Source: a virus (taxonomy: Duplodnaviria; Caudoviricetes). From it: DNA of 25,594 nt. The stretch's first letter is position 1. Every line of letters begins with the position of its first letter. A model generated the notes under the pieces. The model ran no database searches and was not told the origin of the DNA. It saw only the letters and a list, made by a program, of their open reading frames with translations. Below are positions 8,156 to 16,427 of this stretch, piece after piece. The position numbers and the translations under genes are program-made. Location of the stretch: IMG/VR virus record IMGVR_UViG_3300044724_002059, positions 1 through 25,594 of that record; one strand, 5' to 3'.

Positions 8156-8303
8156 TTTCATTATAGCTCTCAATGAAACACTAGGGTTGCACAAAACACT
8201 TGTTGCAGCCCTAGAATTTTGATATATCCAAATCAAGAAGATAACCGAATTTTTTTTGGCCTTCAGTTTTTTAGCTGTAGCCTTTTTCCAAAGACAACTA
8301 CGC
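8156..8303 (+). promoter_or_regulatory. Structured intergenic leader upstream of the major capsid gene
   Basis: Hairpins at 8156-8178, 8181-8214 (CTAGGGTTGCA/TGCAGCCCTAG, one G-U pair), 8219-8236, 8237-8264 and 8277-8301. The last two share the same asymmetric internal loop. Confidence 0.6.
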
Positions 8304-8349
8304 AACGTGTAAATAAATAAACTAACTATGTTTAAAAAAGGAGAAAAAC

Positions 8350-9198
8350 ATGGCAATAAATATAAGTAATGCGTTTGTTACTTTGTTTGATGCAGAAGTT
8401 AAACAGGCTTACCAGGGTTCTGCCCAGTTAAGAGAAACTGTTAGACTTCGTTCTGGCCAAAGCTCCAACACTGTAAAATTTCCAAAAATTGGAAAAGGTG
8501 TAGCAACAGCTAGAATACCTCAAACAGATGTAACTCCATTAAACGTAACATATTCGCAAGTAACTGCGACTATGTCGGATTATAACGCTGCAGAATACAG
8601 CGATATATTCCACCAAGCAAAAGTTAATTTTGATGAAAGAAGGGAATTAGTAGAGGTTGTGTCTAAAGCTATCGCTAGAAGACAAGATCAACTTGTTATT
8701 GATGCTCTTAACAATTCATCAACTTCATTAACTGTTGCTAAAACAGTGGTAACATCTGGATCTGCTGCTGCTTCTAACTTGAACGTTGGTAAAATGATTG
8801 AAGCTAAAAAGCTTCTTGATGCAGGTAACGTTCCTTCAGAAGACAGATACATGGTAATCCATGCAAATAACGTTGCAGGATTATTAGGAGATGAAAGAGC
8901 TATCTCTAACGACTTTGCAGTTAAGGCCCTATTAAATGGGGAAGTTTCTGCTATGCTAGGATTTAGAATAATCGTAGTAGGAGATAGATCTGAAGGTGGC
9001 CTACCATTATCAACTAACGACAGAACTGTTTTTGCTTTCCACAAATCAGCTATGGGTATGGCTGAAGGTATGGGGATCAAAACAGAAATCAACTATGTAC
9101 CAGAGAAAACTTCTTTCTTGGTTAATAGTATGTTTTCAGCAGGTGCTGTTGCGATTGATGATGAAGGTATCGTAAAAATAACTTGTGACGAAAGCTAA
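8350..9198 (+). CDS. Major capsid protein
   Basis: 282 aa after the scaffold with an AAGGAG SD. FVTLFDAEVKQAYQ...VKFPKIG...AIARRQDQLVIDAL...GAVAIDDEGIVKI is typical of HK97-fold podovirus capsids. Confidence 0.92.
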   Translation: MAINISNAFVTLFDAEVKQAYQGSAQLRETVRLRSGQSSNTVKFPKIGKGVATARIPQTDVTPLNVTYSQVTATMSDYNAAEYSDIFHQAKVNFDERRELVEVVSKAIARRQDQLVIDALNNSSTSLTVAKTVVTSGSAAASNLNVGKMIEAKKLLDAGNVPSEDRYMVIHANNVAGLLGDERAISNDFAVKALLNGEVSAMLGFRIIVVGDRSEGGLPLSTNDRTVFAFHKSAMGMAEGMGIKTEINYVPEKTSFLVNSMFSAGAVAIDDEGIVKITCDES

Positions 9199-9213
9199 TA
9201 GAGGAGGATAATT

Positions 9214-9495
9214 ATGGCTTATACTAAAGCAAATCTACAGCCGATTGGTGGACAAGCTAAAGCAGGAACAGCTCCTCAAATGTGGAGTTACACTGCACCA
9301 GGCACTGATGCGATTGCTGATATTAATACAGAAGGCTACTTCAATGGAGCTGCTGATGTATTAAAAGTTGGCGATTTAATTCATGTTTGGGATGCTTCAG
9401 TACCAACATCAACTTTGGTAACTGTGTTATCAAACACAGGATCTGTTGTTGATGTATCTGATGGAACAGCTCTATCAGTAGCTGACGCAGATTAA
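9214..9495 (+). CDS. Small structural protein, possible capsid decoration/cement protein
   Basis: GAGGAGG SD; lies between the capsid gene and the terminator; GYFN...LKVGDLI motif. Confidence 0.65.
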   Translation: MAYTKANLQPIGGQAKAGTAPQMWSYTAPGTDAIADINTEGYFNGAADVLKVGDLIHVWDASVPTSTLVTVLSNTGSVVDVSDGTALSVADAD

Positions 9496-9507
9496 TAACA
9501 AATAGTT

Positions 9508-9546
9508 GAGTTAGGGGAGATTAATTTCTCCCCTACTCTTTTTTTT
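9508..9546 (+). terminator. Rho-independent terminator after the capsid operon
   Basis: Stem TAGGGGAGA (9512-9520) / TCTCCCCTA (9527-9535), extended by GAG/CTC, with a TTAATT loop and followed by T8 (9539-9546). Confidence 0.9.
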
Positions 9547-9566
9547 AATTTAAGGTAAAAGATAGT

Positions 9567-10181
9567 ATGGCAGCAGGAGATACAAAAGTTTCAATAGCAA
9601 ATAACGCATTAACCTTATTAGGTGCTAATACTATCACTTCATTTACAGATGGATCTAAAGCTTCTGGCATAGCAAACAATATGTTTGACTTTGTTAAGAA
9701 ACATACACTTTCAATGTATCCTTGGAAGTTTGCACTTAAAAAAGTACAACTGGCCCAAGACACAGCAACTCCAGTAAATGAGTGGGATTATCAATACACA
9801 CTTCCAACAGATGCAGTTTCTTCTTTACCTGTTGCAGTATTTTTTTCTGGAAATTCTAATGCTCCAAAAGAATTAGATTTTGAAATCTATGGAGATAAAT
9901 TAGTTACTAATTCAACAACAGTTTATATTGATTATGTTTATGATGTAGCAGAAGGTAATATGCCAACTTATTTTGTTACATTATTAGTTTATCAATTAGC
10001 TTGGCATCTTGCTGAACCTATTACAGATCAAACTACAAAAGCTGATTATTGGAAAACTCATGCTTTGGGCAATCCTTCTGACCAGGGCAGAGGTGGATAT
10101 TTTAGAACTGCAACCCAAATTGATGCTCAAGGACAACCACCAAATGTTATTGAGGATTATGTTTTAACGAATATAAGATAA
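9567..10181 (+). CDS. Tail adaptor (tail tubular protein A, T7 gp11-like)
   Basis: IANNALTLLGANTITSF...YPWKFALKKVQL...WDYQYTLPTD...LAWHLAEPIT motif and its position after the capsid genes. Confidence 0.85.
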   Translation: MAAGDTKVSIANNALTLLGANTITSFTDGSKASGIANNMFDFVKKHTLSMYPWKFALKKVQLAQDTATPVNEWDYQYTLPTDAVSSLPVAVFFSGNSNAPKELDFEIYGDKLVTNSTTVYIDYVYDVAEGNMPTYFVTLLVYQLAWHLAEPITDQTTKADYWKTHALGNPSDQGRGGYFRTATQIDAQGQPPNVIEDYVLTNIR

Positions 10182-12205
10182 TGGCAGATAATGAAAATAT
10201 TGTACGAATACAAACAAACTTCACAGCAGGGGAGTTTGATCCTTTATTAAGGGCCAGAGTTGATTTAGATCAATACAGAGCTGCTGCTAAAACCTTAACT
10301 AATGTAATTTGCTTACCTCAAGGAGCTGTAGAAAGAAGACCAGGATTACAATACATAGACACAATTCCTGCTGCAGCTAGTCCACAAAATGGAACAAGAT
10401 TAGTTTCTTTTGAATTTTCTACTGAACAACAATATGTATTTTTATTTGTATCAGATAGACTGTATATTTATAAACTTGGAGAACTTGTAACTAATATTAA
10501 TGGATCTGGTAATGACTATTTAGATCTTTCTTCTACAGGTATTAGCTCAACTAATTTATCAGAATTATATTTTTGTCAATCTGCAGATGTTTTAATTATT
10601 ATGCAGCAAGATATGAACCCAGTAACAATAACTAGAGGAGCTTCTCACAGCTCCTGGACAGTTACTAATTTGACTTTTGAATATATACCTAAATACGCAT
10701 ACACTGTTACAACTGCTGCAGGATCAACGTTTGCATCCCACACACACTTAACTCCAAGTGCTATTGAAGGTACAATTAGATTAACCAACAAACCAACTAA
10801 TGGTATTTTTTCTGCTGCAGAAAGTACATACGTAGATCAATATATAAATATAGAACCTTTTGGTAGAGTAAGAATTGTAAAAAAAATATCAGATGATGAA
10901 CTTGAAGGATTTGTTGAAATACCTTTAGCATCAACAGAAGATATACCAGTTGCAGATTGGGAATTTGAAAGTGGATATGAAGATGTTTGGAGCAGCTCAC
11001 GTGGATGGCCAAGATCTGCAACCTTTCATGAGGGTAGATTATTTTTTGGTGGATCTAAATCTAGGCCCTCAACAGTATGGGGATCTGTTGTTGCAGATTT
11101 TTTTAATTTTGATCCAGGACAACAATTAGCAGATGAAGCTGTTGAAGCTACTCTGGATACAGATGAAGTTAATGCAATTAATTCTATTGTATCAAATAGA
11201 GATTTATTAGTATTTACTTCTGGTGGAGAATTCTTTGTACCACAAGGAAGTTTAGATCCTATTGAACCAACTAATATAATTTTTAAAGTTACAACAAGAA
11301 CAGGATCAAAAGCATTAAAACCAATATCAACAGAAAATGCTACTTATTTTATACAAAGACAAGGTAATCAATTAATAGAATATGTTTTCCAAGACAGTGA
11401 TGTTAATTACAGATCACAAAATTTTTCATTGTTTTCATCTCACTTGGTAGATAATCCAGTTGATATAAGCCATGTTAATCCTACAAGTACCAGTAGGCCA
11501 CACACAATAATTTTAATTAATCAAGATGGAACAATAGCTGCATATCCTTTTATAAGGTATCAACAAGTTATATCTCCTTCTTTATGGACAACAGATGGAT
11601 TATTTAAAAATGCTTGTTCTGATTTTGATGAAATCTATGTTGTAGTAAAAAGAACAATAAATGGATCAGATGTTTATCATTTAGAAAAATTTGATTTTGA
11701 TTTTACTACAGATGCAGCAACACAATTTTATGACACTACTTTGCCTGCGACAACTACAGTATCTGGATTATCTTATTTAGAAGGAGAAACTGTAGATATT
11801 GTTAGAGATGATTTGGCCCTTAACCAACAAACTGTAAGCTCTGGAGAAGTAACTTTAGATATTGTTCCAACAGAATATGTTGAAGTTGGAATACCTTACA
11901 CTCCAATTATTGAAACTTTACCTATAGAAACAAGATTGCCAAATGGCAACGTGCAAGGATTTTTAAAGAGAATTACAGAAGTAAATCTGATATTAAATAG
12001 CACACAAAGCATAAAAGTTGATACTGAAGAAGTATCATTTAGAAATTTGGAGAATTTGAGCTTGGGTAATGGAATTGAATTTTATACTGGAATAAAAACT
12101 GTACAGCCATTAAATGGATTTACAGAAGAAAGTACATTAACAATAACACAAACTAAACCTCTATTTTTTACATTGTTAGGAGTAGAGTACAAAGTAAGTA
12201 TATAG
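10181..12205 (+). CDS. Tail nozzle (tail tubular protein B, T7 gp12-like)
   Basis: QTNFTAGEFDP...RVD...N...PQGAVERRPG and WPRSATFHEGRLFFGG...P.TVWGS motifs; beta-rich, 674 aa. Confidence 0.88.
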   Translation: MADNENIVRIQTNFTAGEFDPLLRARVDLDQYRAAAKTLTNVICLPQGAVERRPGLQYIDTIPAAASPQNGTRLVSFEFSTEQQYVFLFVSDRLYIYKLGELVTNINGSGNDYLDLSSTGISSTNLSELYFCQSADVLIIMQQDMNPVTITRGASHSSWTVTNLTFEYIPKYAYTVTTAAGSTFASHTHLTPSAIEGTIRLTNKPTNGIFSAAESTYVDQYINIEPFGRVRIVKKISDDELEGFVEIPLASTEDIPVADWEFESGYEDVWSSSRGWPRSATFHEGRLFFGGSKSRPSTVWGSVVADFFNFDPGQQLADEAVEATLDTDEVNAINSIVSNRDLLVFTSGGEFFVPQGSLDPIEPTNIIFKVTTRTGSKALKPISTENATYFIQRQGNQLIEYVFQDSDVNYRSQNFSLFSSHLVDNPVDISHVNPTSTSRPHTIILINQDGTIAAYPFIRYQQVISPSLWTTDGLFKNACSDFDEIYVVVKRTINGSDVYHLEKFDFDFTTDAATQFYDTTLPATTTVSGLSYLEGETVDIVRDDLALNQQTVSSGEVTLDIVPTEYVEVGIPYTPIIETLPIETRLPNGNVQGFLKRITEVNLILNSTQSIKVDTEEVSFRNLENLSLGNGIEFYTGIKTVQPLNGFTEESTLTITQTKPLFFTLLGVEYKVSI

Positions 12206-12214
12206 GAGAATAAT

Positions 12215-12694
12215 ATGGTACAATACGTAGCAGCAGCAGCTTCAGTAGCTTCAGCAATATCTCAATACAGAGCAGCTCAAGCAACAGAATTACAATATCA
12301 AGCAAAAGCAAAACAAGAAATTTTAAAAGGTAGAATAGCTGCTGTCCAGGCGAAAGAAGATGGAATTAAAGCTTTAGAAAATACTATTGAGCAAATGGCT
12401 TACAATACTGCGTTTGCAGGCTTTGGAAGTACAGATCCATTCTCTGGAAGTAAATTGGGTGTTGGAACTAAAATGGCATCTAAAGGAATTGAAGAATATA
12501 ATATTGCACAAACCAATGCAAATATTGCAAAAAAAATGGGAGAGTATCAAGCAGCTATAGATATATCTGCAGGAAAAACTGCAAAGAAACTTGGTTATGC
12601 AAATGCTTTTGCAACTCTTGGAACAGGAGTTTATAGTTATGCAAAACTTGGTGGAACAAATCCATTTACAGGAAAAAAATTAATAACAACATAA
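12215..12694 (+). CDS. Small internal virion/ejection protein (T7 gp14 position)
   Basis: Ala/Gly-rich helical 159-aa protein directly after the nozzle; AGGAG SD. Confidence 0.7.
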   Translation: MVQYVAAAASVASAISQYRAAQATELQYQAKAKQEILKGRIAAVQAKEDGIKALENTIEQMAYNTAFAGFGSTDPFSGSKLGVGTKMASKGIEEYNIAQTNANIAKKMGEYQAAIDISAGKTAKKLGYANAFATLGTGVYSYAKLGGTNPFTGKKLITT

Positions 12695-12695
12695 T

Positions 12696-14804
12696 ATGGC
12701 AACACGAAAGATTACATATAAACCTTTAGGAGTAAGATTAAGATCCTTACCAGAAGTGCAGCAAACAGGGCTTGCTGAAACTAGACGAGGGTTATTAAAT
12801 CTTTCACAAAAATTAGATCAAATTTCTGCTATGGGTTTTAAAGAGTATGGCAAAAAACAAGCTATAACAGGAGCTGAACAAGGAGAAACATTTAAAGCAT
12901 ACAAAGTAGAAACAGATGAACTTGGTAATCAAAGTATTAAATTTGCTGATATGCCAGAACAAGGCACAGATCCATATAGCCAGGCTTATTATAAATCTGC
13001 ACAAACTGCTGCTAAATTACAAATCAAATCTTTATTTGAAAAGAAACTTTATAATGCTTACACTTCTAATAGAACAGATGTTAATGGATTTACCAAAGCA
13101 TCCCAGGATATTAAAGATGGATTATTAGAAGCATTAAGAGAAAAAAACCCACAGCTCTATAATTACTTTGCTTATGATTTTGAACAATCAACAATTCCTT
13201 ATGCTAAATCTGTTTATACAAATTGGTCTAGTAGTAAAAATGATATTGAAACTTCTATATTTACAGGAACAATAAATTCTGGTTATGCAAATAATGTTAT
13301 TAAAGGAGCTGCTAAAGGAGATGATGGCCTGGCGAAAGCAGGATTATTTGTAAATAATTTAGTAGGAGATTTTTTTTCACTAGGGCCAAAAGAAGAATTT
13401 ACAGCAGGTAAATTATTTTTTGAAAAAGATGCAACAAGATTAGGTATTAGAGATAGTAAAGCTATTAGTAAAGATATTAACCATGCAAGAACAACGTTTC
13501 AAAAGATTTATTTAGAAGAAACATTTAAACAATTTAAAGGTAATGCTCCTGCTTTAGTAGAAGCTATTAATAATGTTAGAAATGGTACATTTAAAACTAA
13601 AGATTTTTTTAGCCCAGTTTTTTCAAACGAAGGAACTGTTATTGGTGTTGGCGATACAACAGTTGATACTATTTTGGATCAAGACGAAAGAGAAAAATTA
13701 GCAAATGATTTATTTACAATATTTAATAACGAAACAGATAGAGTTAATAAATTATATGAAAATGATAAAAAATATTTAGATCTAGGAGCTGCACAACAAC
13801 AATCTAAAATACTATTAAAAATTATAAATTTACAAGATGTTGATCCAGGTACAGATACTTCTGGATTAGAAAAAGAAATAGAAAGCGATATTGAATTATT
13901 TAAAAAAACTTATCCAACAGAAAAAGGTTTAGAATTTGCTGAAACATTAAAAGCTACATACTTTAATAGATTTAATTCAGATGATGATACTCCTGGTGTA
14001 GAAAATAGTTATATGGAAGATGCTAGAGTTGGTATGTTGGATAACAATCAATTATTAAAAGACAATAGATTAACAGGAAAAACAAAAGCTAAAATATTAA
14101 ATTCAGCTAATTCTTATGATATTGGCGATAAACACTGGACAGATCATAATTTATACAAAGATGGATTAAATATTATTAATGGCCTGGAGAGTACCTCTGC
14201 TAGTGGATCTGCATTATTTTTTAGTGGAGATAATAAAAACAAAGAAAAATCAGATAAGCTTACATTTTTATACAGAAAAACTTTTGAAGATATTATTGAT
14301 ACAAAAGGCATTGGTATGGGAAGAACAGGGAATAGAGTTAATCCACTAGATGTTGCTGATACAATTAAAAGATTAGATCAAGAAGGTAAATTAGTTATTA
14401 CAGAAGCAGATTATAAAAGAGCAACAAGTGGTAAAGATCAAGCTACTGGTAATCCAAAATTAGAACAATTCAACAACATTAAAAAACTTAAAAACAACAT
14501 AGAATTAAAACTAACAAAAGAAACAAATGATACAAAAATAAAAGAATACCAAACACAAATAGAAACTTACAAACAACAAATGAAAGAAATTGAGGACAGT
14601 ATTCCTGGAGGTATTCAAGATATTGAGAACAAAGCATTTAAAATGGATAAATCTCAAGTGTATTATGTAACTGATAATGGATCTGTAGAAACATTATCAT
14701 CAAGAGTTATTTATAATTTACTTTATAAAAATACTTATAATATTATTACAGATACTAGAGCTGCAGAATATCAACAAATGTTTGAAGTAACAGGAAGTAA
14801 CTAA
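12696..14804 (+). CDS. Internal virion/ejection protein (T7 gp15 position)
   Basis: 702-aa, largely helical ORF in the ejection-protein block; assigned by synteny. Confidence 0.65.
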   Translation: MATRKITYKPLGVRLRSLPEVQQTGLAETRRGLLNLSQKLDQISAMGFKEYGKKQAITGAEQGETFKAYKVETDELGNQSIKFADMPEQGTDPYSQAYYKSAQTAAKLQIKSLFEKKLYNAYTSNRTDVNGFTKASQDIKDGLLEALREKNPQLYNYFAYDFEQSTIPYAKSVYTNWSSSKNDIETSIFTGTINSGYANNVIKGAAKGDDGLAKAGLFVNNLVGDFFSLGPKEEFTAGKLFFEKDATRLGIRDSKAISKDINHARTTFQKIYLEETFKQFKGNAPALVEAINNVRNGTFKTKDFFSPVFSNEGTVIGVGDTTVDTILDQDEREKLANDLFTIFNNETDRVNKLYENDKKYLDLGAAQQQSKILLKIINLQDVDPGTDTSGLEKEIESDIELFKKTYPTEKGLEFAETLKATYFNRFNSDDDTPGVENSYMEDARVGMLDNNQLLKDNRLTGKTKAKILNSANSYDIGDKHWTDHNLYKDGLNIINGLESTSASGSALFFSGDNKNKEKSDKLTFLYRKTFEDIIDTKGIGMGRTGNRVNPLDVADTIKRLDQEGKLVITEADYKRATSGKDQATGNPKLEQFNNIKKLKNNIELKLTKETNDTKIKEYQTQIETYKQQMKEIEDSIPGGIQDIENKAFKMDKSQVYYVTDNGSVETLSSRVIYNLLYKNTYNIITDTRAAEYQQMFEVTGSN

Positions 14805-16426
14805 TGAATAGAAAAGATAAAATTACAGAAATAGAAAGTACAGAAGGTTTAGCAGATACAGAAAGATTAGTTGCTTTACGTTCTTATGAAAATGAACGTA
14901 TGCACCCAACCAATGTACGTTTGAGAGAAGATAAAGAAAACGCATTTAAAAATGTTGAAACTGCTTACAATGAAGGAAATTATCAGGCAACAGCTTCTTT
15001 GATAGAAAGTAATAGAGATATTTTAGATGATGAATTTGTAAATGAAAAAGTAAAGGAAGATAGCAAGTTAGGAAAAATATTTAAAGAAGGCTATAGGATG
15101 GTTGGTACTGCTGTTGAAAGTACACTAAACAACGTATTTGAAGTTACAGATGATATAGTAAGACTTGGAGAAAAATATGGATTACCAAATCTTTATATCC
15201 AGGTCAAAGATGGAGAAGTTAATTTTTTAACTGAAAGACCAGAAGATGTTAATGTTAGACCACTAGAATTTGTTGATGATCCAGATAGCATGGTTGCTAA
15301 TTTAGGAGCAGGATTTTTAGAATTTATGATCCCATTTACTGGTATGTTAAAAGCAACTAAAGCTTATAAAGGTGGTAATGCAGCAACTAATGTATTGAAA
15401 GTTTATGGATCTGGAGCTGTAGCAGATTTTATGTTTTCTCCACAATATGGAAACTTTGCAAGTTTATTATCAGAGCTTGGAATACAAAATGAATTTATAC
15501 AATTTTTAGATAGTAGAGTTGATGAAGAAGCTGACATTATAGAAAAAATGAAAGGCAGAGGTAAAGGTGTTATTGAGGGAGTTTTAATGGGAGCTATGTT
15601 TGATACAACAATTAAAGCTGTTAGATATATGAAACAATCTCCAGAGTGGGTTGCTAAAGCTAAAAGTTATTTATCTGCTAATTTTGATGAGGCAGGAGCT
15701 GCTACTTCAAACATTCCTTCATCTAGCCCTGCTGCAGAAAGATCTCTATCAGAAGCAGGATTAGAAGTTAAAACTTCTCCTACTGAAACACCATCAAGTG
15801 GAGCAAATGATTTACCATCCCAAGAAACTACAGTGCCTGGGCCAGAGAGAACAGAAACAATCTCTCCTTCAAATGATCTAGGGAATAATAGTAATTTATC
15901 TGCCATAAGTATTAAGGATAAAATATATCAAGTTGATAACGACATCAACACTTTAGTTTCAAAAGCAAACGAAAACAAGCCTAAATTGAATGAAATGTTA
16001 AATAAATATGATGCAGATGTTGTTACAGATATTAAACAATTAGATAGTATTAACACTAAATTAAAGGTTAAAAACAGAGAACCTAAAGGATTACCAGATT
16101 ATTTAAGAGCATTTATGCTTACTGAAAATGCTAAAATACAAGATATTTCTGCACAAATTGAAAAAGATTTAAAAATTTTGGATAAGGATTATAACAAAAA
16201 AACAAGATCTATTCACTACCAAATTGAAGTTACTCCAGGATTTACTTCTGAAGTACAATTAAGACCAAAAGAAATACATCCATTAATTAAAAAGCACCAT
16301 AAACGTTGGTACTCATTATCTAAAAAATATGATAATAAAAATGTCATACCTTTGAGCTTACAAATTCAGATCTATCAAGCTGAATTTCAATTAGAGGAAA
16401 ACATATTAAAAATATTAGGACAATAA
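14804..16426 (+). CDS. Internal virion protein with a C-terminal RelA/SpoT-like nucleotidyltransferase domain
   Basis: The N-terminal half has Gly/hydrophobic segments typical of ejection proteins (GAGFLEFMIPF, GAVADFMFSP, GVIEGVLMG). An S/P/T-rich linker spans aa ~288-368. The C-terminus carries SAS-like motifs in canonical order. Confidence 0.75.
   Translation: MNRKDKITEIESTEGLADTERLVALRSYENERMHPTNVRLREDKENAFKNVETAYNEGNYQATASLIESNRDILDDEFVNEKVKEDSKLGKIFKEGYRMVGTAVESTLNNVFEVTDDIVRLGEKYGLPNLYIQVKDGEVNFLTERPEDVNVRPLEFVDDPDSMVANLGAGFLEFMIPFTGMLKATKAYKGGNAATNVLKVYGSGAVADFMFSPQYGNFASLLSELGIQNEFIQFLDSRVDEEADIIEKMKGRGKGVIEGVLMGAMFDTTIKAVRYMKQSPEWVAKAKSYLSANFDEAGAATSNIPSSSPAAERSLSEAGLEVKTSPTETPSSGANDLPSQETTVPGPERTETISPSNDLGNNSNLSAISIKDKIYQVDNDINTLVSKANENKPKLNEMLNKYDADVVTDIKQLDSINTKLKVKNREPKGLPDYLRAFMLTENAKIQDISAQIEKDLKILDKDYNKKTRSIHYQIEVTPGFTSEVQLRPKEIHPLIKKHHKRWYSLSKKYDNKNVIPLSLQIQIYQAEFQLEENILKILGQ
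15667..15906 (-). CDS. Nested antisense gene, 79 aa; candidate immunity/antitoxin protein
   Basis: The minus-strand translation reads like a globular protein with many GNN codons (ATG GCA GAT AAA ... GAA GGA GAG ATT GTT ... TGG GAT GGT AAA). The + strand over the same span reads like an S/P/T/N-rich shadow. A promoter-like sequence lies just upstream. Confidence 0.65.
   Translation of the reverse strand: MADKLLLFPRSFEGEIVSVLSGPGTVVSWDGKSFAPLDGVSVGEVLTSNPASDRDLSAAGLDEGMFEVAAPASSKLADK
15920..15948 (-). promoter_or_regulatory. Putative sigma70-type promoter for the nested antisense gene, overlapped by a palindrome
   Basis: On the minus strand: TTGATG (15948-15943), extended -10 TG-a-TATATT (15930-15922), or TATTTT at a 17-nt spacing. 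Palindrome TATCAA-G-TTGATA at 15926-15938. The ATG lies 15 nt after TATATT and has no SD. Confidence 0.5.
15950..16423 (+). other. RelA/SpoT (small alarmone synthetase / toxSAS-like) domain
   Basis: IKQLDSINTK (16031; cf. R.KS..S...K), DYLRA (16097; catalytic Asp motif), RSIHY (16205; cf. YRS.H), EVQLR (16250; cf. E.Q.RT) and HHKRWY (16295; cf. H...Y). Confidence 0.75.
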
Positions 16427-16427
16427 T

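Noticed and set aside
7979-8356. 125-aa minus-strand ORF across the scaffold-capsid intergenic region
   Set aside because: Non-protein-like composition; the region is better explained by + strand RNA structures.
14488-14637. 49-aa hydrophobic minus-strand ORF opposite an A/C-rich patch of gene 12696..14804
   Set aside because: Explained as the shadow of a K/E/N/Q-rich coiled coil. I noticed no supporting initiation signals, although the local codon shift may mark a small insertion.
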